Of a stretch of DNA of 64,000 nucleotides, positions 13,037-25,400 are shown in pieces. The DNA lies in contig OX597820.1 of NCBI GenBank assembly GCA_951406725.2, forward strand, positions 105,400,001 to 105,464,000, read 5' to 3'. Every line of letters starts with the position of its first letter. The stretch's first letter is position 1. Position numbers and translations under genes: made by a program. The notes below the pieces were generated by a model that saw only the letters and a list, made by a program, of their open reading frames with translations, had not been told where the DNA came from and made no database searches. The DNA comes from Octopus vulgaris. Taxonomy: Eukaryota.

Positions 13037-14323
13037 TCAGGTCATCCCAGAAGTTCTGTCCGATTTTACCTTTTTTAAAACTGAATGAAATTTAATTGTA
13101 TTTTAGAATGTCTAATGGAATTAAAAATTATTTTTATGCATTTATGTACATTTAAACTAGTTGAATATTATTTTACAGAATAATAGAATTAAAATTTCTT
13201 TGATTAAAATCCTTTCTAATATGGAAGTATCCAAAGAGTATTTGAGGCACAGAATGCTTTATGAGTACAAAAAAAGAAACTCTTCAGCCAAAGCGACTGG
13301 AAACATACACTCAGTTTATGGGAAAGAATGCTTGAATGAAAGAACTTGCAGAAGATGGTTTGCAAAATTCAGAAGTGGAGATTTCAGCCTTGAAGATGAA
13401 GATTGAACAGGACGTCCAGTTGAGTTTGATGATAAGCTCCTTGAGGCATTACTTGAATAAAATCCTGCATTATTAGTTGAAGAATTGGCAATAAAGCTTA
13501 GTTCAAACCATACAACTGTTCATCATCGTCTCCAGCAACTTGGAATGGTTCTTAAACTTGGAAAATGGGTGCCTCATGAATTGTCCAAAAGCAACCGCAA
13601 ATCCTGAGTCGACATCTGCTCTTCTCTCCATTCTTGCAAACTCATTTCACCTTTTTTGGATAGACTTGTGACTGGTGAAGGAAAATGGATCTTCTATCAA
13701 AATGCTAAACATCATAAACAGTGGCTTGGTAAAAGGGAAAAAGCTCAACCACAACTGAGAAGGGAACTTCATGGGAAAAAGGTTCTTCTCTCTATCTGGT
13801 GGGGTTGCAAAAGAGTAATTCACTTTGAACTGTTACCACCTAATGCAATAATCAATGCTCAAGTCTACTCTCAGCAATTAGTGCATTTGAACCAAGCTTC
13901 GAAGAATAAAAGACCCGCACTAGTGAATCGAAAAGGAGTGCTGTTTCATCAGGACAATGTACGACCCCACACTGCAAAGATCACATCACAGAAGATTGAA
14001 GAGTTTGGTTGGGAAAAAATTCCTCATCCACCTTATTCTCCTGACCTTGCTCCTTCAGACTACCATTTGTTTCGTAGTTTACAGAATCATTTGGAGACAT
14101 AACTTTCGCAAGCCAGAAGGAGATTGAAACTGACATTTCAGAGTTCTTCGCTTTGGAACCAAAAGAGTTTTACATTGATGGGATTAAACAGCTTGTAAAT
14201 AGATGGAAGAAAGTCATAGATAATCAGGGAAAGTACATTGCTGATTAAATTTAAATAAAATATAACATTTGATCACTTGTTTTCATTATTCAAAATTTGG
14301 ACAGAACTTATGGGATGATCTGA
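13037..14323 (+). mobile_element. Full-length (1287 bp) inactive mariner transposon, DD34D family
   Basis: TIRs tcaggtcatcccagaagttctgtccgatttt and aaaatttggacagaacttatgggatgatctga, with TA at the right flank. Transposase 13221-~14248 has WVPHEL, HQDN..PH and YSPDLAPSDYHLFRSLQNHL but internal stops, and the first D region is altered (VTGEGKW). Confidence 0.95.
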
Positions 14324-15339
14324 TAGCTTCATCACATACACACATGATCTAACCCATGCCAGCATGGAACATAGACATTAAATGATGATATATGTATATT
14401 AATGTGTGTATATATGATTATATATTAGTCATTTATGAGCACCAATCTTACATAGAGAAAGAGAACAGATACTATATGAGAATCTCTGTGCAATAGATGG
14501 CTTGTGATTTGGGTGACACAGTGGTTCACTCTGTGGGTTGAGGAAAATTGCTGAGTAGAAAAGGTATTAATTTCCGGCTGCTTCAATACATTTCTGTACC
14601 AAACACTTTATTCTCGTTTTGCTTAACTCATGAACAGGTCCTAGATCATCTGGAAATGTTACCTGTGATACACTGGTATGCTATCCAGAGAAGGCTTTAT
14701 CTCTCATTTGTTTAATGCCATGAAACCAACGCAAAACACTAATTTGCAGTAGACCCCTCGCATCTCCTCAAGGCTTAAAAAATTTAATTTATGAACTGTT
14801 GACTCTGCAGGTAACTGTCTCAATGATTAGGCTAGTCTTTTGACAGAGCCTCATTGGGTCAGACAGACATAACAGGTCAAGCTCTACCACACACATAAAA
14901 TGTAATAAGCCACACTAAGTTTCATTTGATTCATGTCAAGGTAAAACATGATTAATAATAATGTTATACTTAATCAGAAAATCAATAAAGAAAATATTAT
15001 TTTGTCTCCTACTCACCTCTAATCTATCATATCCAATCAATCCTTCATGGCTCTTGATGAAAAAGTAACAGTTAAATGGTAGCTGCTAATGAAGGTCAAC
15101 ACCTTGTCATTCTTCTATGTTTTTCATTTCTTCTTTTCATGTCACACAATTCAGAATACATTATCAATCATATTTCTACTTGCACCCAGGTTAGTTTCTG
15201 TTCACCCTCAAATTTTTGTCATTTATTTATTTATGGTCTGAGAAACAACTGTGCTGGTATGGTCATGTGAGGCATATGGACGAGGATAGCTGTGTAAAAG
15301 AAGTGCTGATGATGATGATGGTGATGGTGGTGGTGGTGG

Positions 15340-15560
15340 TGGTATTGGTTGAGAACAGAACTTGTTAATGACCGCACTTACAGGAAACTTGTTGATGTCT
15401 TTTTAGAAGTAATATATTCAAGTTTATTAATGAAATAATTACAAACCAAATGCTAGATACACACCATATTTAAATCTTAAGCTAATACTTAATTCTTCAG
15501 ATTTCCAGTACATTTCAGAATGACAATCAAGTGACTTGGTATCATTACATCAATGATTAA
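15340..15560 (+). repeat. About 220 bp near-identical direct duplication (copy 2 at 17357-17576)
   Basis: ggtattggttgagaa..cttacaggaaacttgttgatg...catcaatgattaa occurs twice with few mismatches. Confidence 0.9.
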
Positions 15561-18547
15561 CTGTAGAGGGAACCTGTGGTAGAGGTAGACCCAGGAAGAC
15601 ATGGGATGAGATGGTGAAGCATCATCTTCGAATTTTGAGCCTCACAATGGCTAGTGACTGAGACCTTTGGCGATGTACTGTGCTTGAGAGGACACGTTAA
15701 GCCAAGTGCACCTGTGCTGCTGGCATGTAAAGAACACCTTTCAAGCATTTAGCTTCACAGAGGTAAAGTGGCTGAGTTCCTTTTGAATTTTGAGTCCCAT
15801 GGAGGTAATGACTGAGACCTTTGGCATTATGTCATGTTTGAGAAGAAGACCTATTAAGCTGAGCAAAATTGCAGTCATGGCACATACTAGTGTCACGCAA
15901 ATTGGCACCTGTGCTGGTGGCACATAAAAGCATCCCAGTATCACACAAATGGCACCCTTGCCAGTGGCATGTAAAAGCACCCATTACACTCTCAGAGTGG
16001 TTGGCGTTAGGAAGGGCATCCAGCTGTAGAAAATCATGCCAAGTTAGACTGGAGTCTGGTGCATCCTTCCATGATGCCAGCCTGGTCAAACCATCCAACC
16101 CATGCCAGCATGGACAACGGATGTTAAATGATGATGATGATGATAAGTGAACAAAGATAACTTTTTTATCATATGCATCCCAGTTTTAGAATAGGTACAC
16201 AGTGTCACAGTGTGTTGGAAGTGGTGGTGGCTAAAAGTATTAAAAACAGGAAGGGGATCCATCTGTAAAACACCTCTAAAAGAAAACCATGATGAATATG
16301 AAACTATCATGAAGCCCACAAAGCTAAACTTTGCTTAATCAGAATAATGATCTAAAACCCTTTTGATACGAACCCATTTGAAACTGCTCTTGGTTCTATG
16401 ATACAAATTCCCTATTTTAAAATGATCTAAATTTAAAGTTTCCTGAAAAGTTTGACTAAATTCTTCATTATTTTTGAAAATAATTGAAACAAATATGGTA
16501 ATTAAAGGTTTGAAATATTTGTTGCTATCAATGCTTTCTTTTCTTGTAGAATGATAAATAGGATTAATCTTGGAAAAACATAACATGCAATGAGGGAGAA
16601 AAATCTTGAGAGAAATCAACATAGTGAGAAAGAACTGCTATGTGGTCACTCATCCAGCTAGAAATGGTAGCCAAATCTCCTTCTAATCACATTTTACCAT
16701 CTTACAAAAATGGAGAACAGATTGGACATTGTACTCTCTGATTTATTGAAAGATGGGATGTTCATTCTTGGAATAACTTTAATCATAAGTCTACTTAGTC
16801 ATGACTGACCTAAGACTGGACAACTACAATATAACATGTTTAAAATGAACAATTCATCTGAAAGAATATTTATTGATCATATTATATTTTTATATTCGCA
16901 TCTTCAAATCAACCTTCTGTACTTCGTGATATGCTTTTCTTCATCTCCCTCTTCCATATGAAGCAAGTGACATTTCTTTATACAGTTGCTCTCATCCATA
17001 TGTACCCTTATATATGAAGTAACCATGTATTTCCTCTGCATTAAGAAACCTGTTCCTCTCCTTTATATTTTAACTTCTCAACAGCTGGTACAATGACACC
17101 CCTCTCTATTATACTCTCACTCAGTTGAGAAGTCTCTTCAGCCTTGTAAGTTACATGGCAACCTCACTAATGCTGGTGCCACAAAGTCCCTGTAAAGTCA
17201 ATGGTGTTAAAAAGGAAGGATGTCCAGTTGTAGAAATCATAATCAAGGAGACAATGGAGCACAATGCAGTCTGCCAACCCTTCAGATCATGTGAAACTGT
17301 GCAACCCATCTTAGCATGGAAATCACATGTTAAATGATGATGATGATGGTGGTGATGGTATTGGTTGAGAATAGAACTTATTAATGACCGTACTTACAGG
17401 AAACTTGTTGATGTCTTTTTAGAAGTAATATATTCAAGTTTATTAATGAAATAATTACAAACCAAATGCTAGATACACACCATATTTAAATCTTAAGCTA
17501 ATAATTAATTCTTCAGATTTCCAGTACATTTCAGAATGACAATCAAGTGACTTGGTATCATTACATCAATGATTAAGTCATTTATTCCTTTCCTTTCTTG
17601 GGTTTGCTGGATGTAATCTGGGGATCACTCTGTAAGCTAAATTACTACAAGATATCATATTTATTATTACAATCTCTTCTGCTTAGTTACACAATGGATT
17701 ATTGCTTAACCTTTCAAAACACTGACCCATTTAACATAAAATTGACAGCTCAATTGCTTTATTTAACTCATTATCATCATTGTTGTCATTAAATATCCGC
17801 CTTCCATGCAGGCATGTGTTGGACAGTTTGACAGGAGCCGGCCAGGTAGAAGACTACTCCAGGCTACTTTGTCTGTTTTGGTAGGGTTTTTACAGCTGGA
17901 TGCCTTCCAAACACCAACCACTCCACAGAGTGAACTGAGTGCTTTTTACATGGCACCAGCACAGGCAAGGTCAGCATTGGCATGGTTTTTACAACTGGAA
18001 GCCCTTCCAAATGCTAACCATTTTACAGTGCTGACTGGATGCTTTTTATATGGTGCCAGCACTGGCAAGGCCAAAATTATTCTAACACTTTTTTTAGTGA
18101 AAAAAATTGGTGAAATGTAGCATAAAATTGATCAATATATTATACGTGTTGGATGGAAGTTAGGGTAGAGTAGTCATCATGTATTCTCCCCTAACTTTAT
18201 TCACTTATTTATCATTGACCTCACTGCCTATTCCAATCTCACCTGTTGTTCCTCATTCGGTATATTCACATCCCCACTCCATTTCTTACCGTCCCTCATA
18301 CTTTTTTGTACTCTCTTGCAACCTCTATCCAGTCACTCCTCCTGTTCTTCTTCCCCCTGGGTCCGCACACACATGCACACATGTGTGTGAGCACACACAC
18401 ACATATATGATGAGATTCTTTCAGTTTCTGTCTACCAAATCTACTTGCAATGTTTTGGTTGGCTCATGGCTACAACAAAAGACACTTGCCCAAAGTTCCA
18501 TGCAGTAAGACTGACCCTGGAGCCATGTGATTGAGAAGCAAACTTCT

Positions 18548-19043
18548 ACATTATTTACAGTGGACAGATAGGTGTCCTCACTTTGTTTGTTGTTAACACA
18601 ACGTTTCGACTGATGTACACTCAAGTCTTCATCAGGCGTTCTGGTGGAATTTCAAACCCAACCCTTTATTTGACTAATGGGGTACACTGTTCTCATTCCT
18701 AAGGTATGTTGCTGATGTTATTTTTCTGTTGATATTATTTTTCAAGTCCCTGCCTGGGACTGAACTTAGAATCTGAGGGTTAGTAGCTCGTGCTCTTATC
18801 CACTCTACTACTAACCCTCGGATTCTAAGTTTAATCAACATCAACAGAAAATAACACCAACAACATACCCTAGGAATGAGAACAAATAAAGGGTTGGGTT
18901 TGAAATTCCACCAGAACACCCGATGAGGGCTGAAGAGTACATCAGCTGAAATGTTGTGATAACAACAAACAAGATGAGGACACCATTCCATCCATTGTAA
19001 ATAATGTACATAATTCCTCATCTCAAAAATATAGAATGATATT
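18548..19043. mobile_element. Head-to-head palindromic insertion of a tRNA-headed, hammerhead-containing short element, with 12-bp TSD
   Basis: Arms 18548-~18787 and ~18807-19010 are inverted copies. aagcaaacttct occurs at 18536-18547 and 19044-19055. It interrupts a family-B SINE head. Confidence 0.8.
18595..18640 (-). ncRNA. Minimal type I hammerhead ribozyme motif (Penelope-type, dimer-dependent)
   Basis: AACGC-CUGAUGA-A-GACU[12 nt]AGUC-GAAAC-GUU^-GUGUU. Intact core, 5-bp stem I (one G-U), 4-bp stem II, palindromic ACGU in place of stem III. Confidence 0.7.
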
Positions 19044-19539
19044 AAGCAAACTTCTTACCACACAGCTAAGAATGTTTTTAGCCAACTCTGTATAGTTCAA
19101 CAATGTAATATATATTATCTACATACAGAGGTGCAGCCGTGGCTGTGCATTTGAGAAGTTTGCTTTCCAACCACATGATACCTTGGACAAGTGTCTTTTG
19201 TAATCCTAGAACACACACACAAAAGAAAGATTATACAATAGGGATCCTAAAGTATCAGACACCATTACAGAAAGAAGAGATCATTTTACTGTGCAGTGCT
19301 GGCAAAGTAAGGAGAAACTCGTTAGTGATACCCTGCTTTGGATAACTTGAAATGGTTGCAACCACACTGGTTGTCCTGCAAAGAAATATGTCAGTCCAGT
19401 CAGTTAGCAGGTGACATTGGATGTTACTGAGAGAAAGTATCTCATGCCAAGGAAGACAGAGATAGAATATTTTCCTTAAAGATTTTTATGACAGCAGTTT
19501 ATCTGTGGCTGTGATTTTCCTGAGATTAAACAAAGTCAA

Positions 19540-20433
19540 TCACATGTTCGGGTCAAATTAGACAGGATGCATAAAAAGAAAAGAAAACACAATACCTCAT
19601 TCAAAAATTAAAGTATTCGCAAAAGAATCAGAAAATATCAACTAGATTATGGTTGAGATATAACAATTTACTCAAAGCAGCCATCTCCAGCTTCCACCAT
19701 GGCTGTAAGACTGCTTTGAAACTTGGCACATGCATTCCTCAGTGTGTTCCTGGGAAAATCTTTCTACATTTCATTTATCTTGGCCACCAGCTTGGCCTTA
19801 ATGTTTCAGTTGGTGTCTTTCTCACATGTGTACCCCACATAGTAATCCATGGTATTACAATTCAGGGGATAGAAATTGGGGCTGGCAAAGTTGTAGAAAT
19901 TCTCTGACAATCACTACTAACTCTTTCTAGAAGTATGGCAATAAGCTGAATCTTGCAACTACACATATAGCCTTCCAACAGCAACCCTCTCCAGCCAGGG
20001 TTTGGACACAGTCTCCAACAGCTTCATAAAGCTGTCTGAATTGAGCCTAAAGTCCTGTTCAAAGATGTTGGATGAATTCTGGTATGTGGACAATCAGAAT
20101 GCCTGCGGGTTCCTTCATGCAGGCCATGGCTTTCATAGTCTCTGTTGCAGCTGTCCATGCCACATCTTACAGAATATACAGAGCATTGAACAGCAATCAT
20201 GATGTTACCATTTTGATACCCAGCATGAATCATCATGACACATATCTTTTTTCCAATATTCAGATGGATTCAAGCCCTCCACGTCAGGTAATTTTTTCTC
20301 AACTATAACTTTAGTGTTTATGCTCTTCCAGTGCCATTGACTGTTCACCAATACATCAGGCTGTTCCTGAAAAAAACCCCCCAAAAAAACAGAAACATAA
20401 AAAAATCCTCAAATTCAGCTCAAACACTCTGTA
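19540..20433 (-). mobile_element. Highly degenerate Tc1/mariner-superfamily remnant
   Basis: Minus-strand translation: LLETVSKPWLERV..LQDSAYCHTSR..ENFYNFASPNF..NCNTMDYYVG..NACAKFQSSLTAMVEAGDGCFE*, i.e. decayed QDxAPxH and PDCNPLDY motifs. Confidence 0.65.
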
Positions 20434-20695
20434 TAGCCCCAAATACATAACTACATATACAACACTCACACATAGATACATACAAATACACACATGTACA
20501 TACATATACACAAAACTACACACATACAAATCCACAAACGCACACACATACAAATCTACACATCACACATAAATAAAGTACTTACAACTCCATCAGTTTC
20601 AACAGTAAGTATCCAGTTATTTAATCAACTGAATTGTTTGCTTATTGAATTAGTTGAGGGCCTGGGAAGATTGGACACAACAAGGATGATGAGAG

Positions 20696-20976
20696 TGTAG
20701 GATGACGTCAGCAGCTGGGGAGCTGACCGGAACTGGGGTTGACCGGAAGGGGCAGCCATCAGGTGCGCACAGTGAGCGGCGATTTCTGCCTTTCAAACGA
20801 GGGTCGTCGGCGTGTTAAGACGGGTGAACACGTTGCTAAGGTTGGGTGAAGCAGCTGCTATCTTTAGCGTTTGGGTCGGGCTGTGTCGAAGGATCCGTTA
20901 CCACTCGGCCTATACGCTGCTCTGAACAAGCGACGCACCTTCCACCAATCAAGCATAACCCTCAATGCTTCCGACA
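20696..20976. mobile_element. Solo LTR (281 bp)
   Basis: TGTAGGA...TCCGACA termini, 4-bp TSD agag (20692-95 and 20977-80), GC- and CpG-rich against AT-rich flanks. Confidence 0.7.
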
Positions 20977-21118
20977 AGAGAAATCAATGGGATAGGAATG
21001 CCTGAATGGCAGGGGGCAGCCAGCTCTAAGGAACAGAGGCCATTATAGTAGCAGGAGTTTGCATATTATTAATCACACAAGAAATTGTAGGGTATGACAC
21101 AAATGAATGGAAATTGTG

Positions 21119-21346
21119 TCAACCCTTTAGCATTCAGATTACTTTGTCAAATGCAATACTTATTTATTCACATTTAAAAAAAAATTATCATGCATTACCT
21201 TGTAGCTTTGAGATTTCAAATATGTAATTGTTTATTTTTAGAATGACATTACAGGTTAGGTGTGAGAGGTCAGATCTGGCCAGTTTGAATATTAAGTGGA
21301 TGGAATATTTGGGCCGGATATGCCCAGTTTAAATGCTAAAGGGTTA
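21119..21346. mobile_element. piggyBac-like MITE
   Basis: TIRs aaccctttagcatt...aatgctaaagggtt with decayed TTAA flanks. An inverted related copy lies at about 61102-61380. Confidence 0.65.
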
Positions 21347-22430
21347 CAATAGCATCACAGAGCTGGTTAGCTTACTGTTCTGCATCACTTGCAACGGAAG
21401 TATTAAGCTATTAGGAAAGTGTTGAAGCATAAATCGCCATCCACTTGATGCATGAAAACAAGCAAACACAAATCATTATACAATTTTCTCGAGCATTACA
21501 GCACATACAATATTGGGTTATATTACAACTAACCACACTTCATTACACTGAAAGTAAAAAAGAAAAAAAAACGATATGATAGAGGATAATGTATGCAATA
21601 TTTTAAACCTGTCACAATCGAATGTATTCAATAGACCATATCTACTCCATAAATTGGTTAAGTACTATACTGCTGCTGCCACCACCACCACCACCACCAC
21701 CACCACCACCACCACCACTACTACTACTACTCTGGTGAGGAACATTATGATTAGAAGATAAAGAAGATACTTCTGTTTCGACAATCATTCCTTATCTGTC
21801 ACATTGTGATGATAATGAAGAAATCATCACCACCATGATTCCTATTTAAGGTTTTGCTTCAGTGCAAAAGATAAAAGTACAATATTAATTTATGAGTACA
21901 AGAGAACCAATGACTAGATCAATAGCATATCATTATTTTCTTTTATTGGATACAATCACTGGATAGTGGCCATGCTGGGTACCAAATTCAAGGGTTTTGG
22001 CTGACCATATCATGTTATTTTCTCAGTCTTTGGTTGATGAACCACCAAGTTACATGGCATGAAAGGATAAAACGTAACAGACATGAATGCACACACATGA
22101 TCACATTGATATGCTCAACAATAGCCTGTTTTTTTTCTTGAAACAAATTTTAATTCTATCTTTCACACACACACACACTCTCTCTCTCTCTCTCTCTCTC
22201 TCTCAACAGCAATAACAACTCATTATTATAGTGAAAATGTTTTTTTAAAGTCGAGTTGTATTGTCTATATGTTGAAAAACATACAGAAACACACACACAC
22301 ATAAATACACAAACAGCAAAACTGGTAACAGTGTGTATATATTTACATACAGTTTTTTTTCTAGGTCTGTGTTGTGTTGTGTTGACAGACTTGCACTTAA
22401 AATCCCGATGGTTTTAATCAATACCCGTTA

Positions 22431-22444
22431 GTTACTATGGTGAT
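22431..22444. promoter_or_regulatory. Candidate RFX X-box
   Basis: gttact-at-ggtgat resembles the X-box palindrome GTTRCC-AT-GGYAAC. It lies in non-repetitive sequence upstream of a ciliary gene. Confidence 0.35.
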
Positions 22445-25400
22445 AACACTATCTATCTAACTAAGTCTGTCAGTCTATCACACATATATTCTTTCTCTCA
22501 CTGTATTTGTCTCTCAACAATTTTTCTCCTTGCTTCCCTCCTAAATAGTCGTTGTGACAAGAATTATCTCCCCTGTTGATACACTCCTCTCTCTCTACAT
22601 AGATGTTATGGACGGACATCAGCTTCTTTTTTATAATATAAGATTTGATTAAGGCAGTGAGCTGGCAGAATCGGTAGCCCACTGAGCTCAAATTCCGCCG
22701 AGGCCAACTTTGCCGTTCATCCTTTAGGGGGTCAATAAATTAAGCACCAGTCAAGTACTGGAATTGATGGGATTGACTGTTTTGCCCCCTAAAAAGAACA
22801 AAAAAAATTCAGGCCTTGTGCCTATAGTAGAAAGGAGGAGAAAAGATTATACCTACACCTGCATTTGTTTTAATATTAACAATGAAAAAAAATCCACTTT
22901 TTTCGTAAACAATTTTGGGCCTGAATTTGCACTCCCTAAGCAAATTTCATTCCCGGGTTACTGCTTCTACGTTCTGAGTTCAAATTTCATCGAGGTAGAT
23001 TTTGCTTTTCATTCTTTCGAGGTCAATAAAATAAGTACCATTCACACACTGGGATTGATTTAATAGACTTGGCCCCTCCCCCAAACTGCTGGTCTTGTAC
23101 TAAAATTTGAAACCAATATAAGATTTTAAAAAAGATGGCGAATTCTACCTCAGACTAGGGCCACTGAACATTCCACACAAAACTGTCACTCTCCTCACCA
23201 TTTTACTTCTTATTTAACAGACTTATGTCGTATTCAATAAAGGTTACCAATCTCGAATACGGCAGAAAATGTATTCACCTCAATAGACGTCATTGATTGG
23301 TTGAAATTGCCGAAATGTAAGAAATTAAACAACAAATAGCTTACAAACTACAGACTTTTCTCAAGAATGCCAAGAGAAAAATATGTTTTATGTAACACAC
23401 TACCAGTATACGAAGTTTAAAAGTGTTTAGTTACAAAGAAATTATTTTTAAAATCTGCGGGTCAAAGTGAAAAGATCCTAAATCCTTCTCAATTTGTCTC
23501 CAATAACTATGAACTACTTTCATAATATTATCTAGCATGTTGAATTATAGATTTCTATAATGTTCGTTGTTTCATGAACTTTTTTCCATGGCATCGATTG
23601 TACAATGAGGGTTAAATTAAATATATGAAAACTCAAATAACTATTAGTGCAAGCATTCTTGTTGGTGAGCTGGCAGAATCGCTAACGGCAATTTTTCCGG
23701 CTTCACGTTCTGAGTTCAAATTCCGCCGAGGTCGATCTTGCCGTTCATGCTTTCGGAATCGATGAAATAAGTACCATATGAGCACTCGAGTCGATTTAAT
23801 CAATTCCAACAAATTTCAGTCCTCGTGCCTGCCTATTGTAGAAAGAATTCTTGTCTTCACATGCAGCTTACTTAATACTGTGAACTACCAACGGTTAATT
23901 ATTTATAAAAGCCCAAACTAAATAGACTTTATTAATTGTGACACTCGTTAAATATAACAATGTGGTTTCAGCAAAATCAAAATCGCAAAAAGGGATGAGG
24001 CGGGGTTTGATTGTTGCGAACGTGACATCCGAAAGTTTACGTTTGTAAGTAAGGTTCATTTCAACTTCCAACCACAGACCCAACTAGTAGAATGCTGTTA
24101 TTATTTGTTTCCCGACATAGTCAACTGTAGTATTGTTCATGTTTAAAATTGATGCGACAATCATTCTTGTGCAAATTCACGATATAGAAGGCTATTTTAA
24201 TGTCACATATTAAACATGTTTGTTAAAAAGGTGGGATTGTTTAACATGTTGTGTAGGTCGCTCTGTGGGATATTTGAGTAATGTTCTGCTTAAATGGCTT
24301 ACAGAAGATTCTGACTCATCGAAGAACAATAACTAACAACATCGGCTTTGGTGAATTCATGTTGTTGACGCCATTACAACACTTGACAACTGAGCTGTAT
24401 TATTTCCCATATTGAAGGCGGCAAGCTGGCAGAATCATTAGCACACAGGACAAAATGCTTAGCGGCGTTTCGTTCTGAGTTCTAATTCTGCTGAGGTCGA
24501 CTTGGCCTTTCACGGTCGGTGAAATAAATACCCACTGGGGTCGATATAATCAACTAAACTCCATTCCAAAATTTCAGGCCTTGTTTCTATTAGTATTTCA
24601 CAGATTTAAGTTTTTAGACCGCTTTATTTATGTCATCGTTAAACAAATTCCACCGAAATCACTTTGAGTGACAGTCTGTGTATTTTTTTGGCGGAATGGA
24701 TGGCTTACAGAAAATTCTGGTTTGTTGAAGGACAATAACTAACGACGTCAACATCGATGAATTTGACACCATTCCAATCTGCACGTGATAAGCGAAGCGG
24801 AATTATTCCACAGATTTAAATTCGTGGAGCGCTTCAGACCAGCGTTAAAACTCTGTCTCAGATCGTTTTACAAGCTTTACCAAAATCACTTTTGGCATGA
24901 TTAATGAGTCGACATTTGGGTGAGCTTCTCAAGTTTTTCTTTTTTTTTTTCATTGTCCTTCAGTGAAATGAAGACTGTAAATGGATATTGTATTTTATGG
25001 CTGTTTCTTGTGTTTCTGTATTGGTTTCATTTGTTGCTGATGGTTTTCTAGGAATTGTAATTATAATGCAAACAAAATTTACTCACACTGTGAAGGCAAG
25101 CAAAATATATTTATGTATTAGCTGAACATATATAAAAGATATACAGAATTACGTTTGAAAAAAGATTCATACACGTCAATATTCATCCTTAGATATCAGA
25201 AGGATCAGAAATACAGCAAAAACTCAAATTATCTAGATCAAATGAAAGCGGATCATGGTATGAAGTTAATGAAGCTCAACTATAATAGATCTAAAAATTC
25301 AAACATAAAATATTTACACACCATGCAGTTGAATAGAAGAAATTACTGAAATTAGTCATTAATCAATTTTGCCCCCAAATTTGCTCAGAGTCGTGAATAA

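Noticed and set aside
13161-14102. SETMAR-like domesticated gene
   Set aside because: No SET domain, several in-frame stops and intact TIRs: an ordinary dead mariner.
16335-16622. 95-aa minus-strand ORF or possible exon
   Set aside because: No recognisable homology and no phase-consistent neighbouring exons.
18745-18810. Functional tRNA gene (also the SINE heads at 35746, 49117, 52345, 62418)
   Set aside because: No complete cloverleaf; these are tRNA-derived heads of repeats.
20575-20665. Minus-strand AG...GTAAGT-bounded segment as a coding exon
   Set aside because: Stops in all three frames; at most non-coding, and unsupported.
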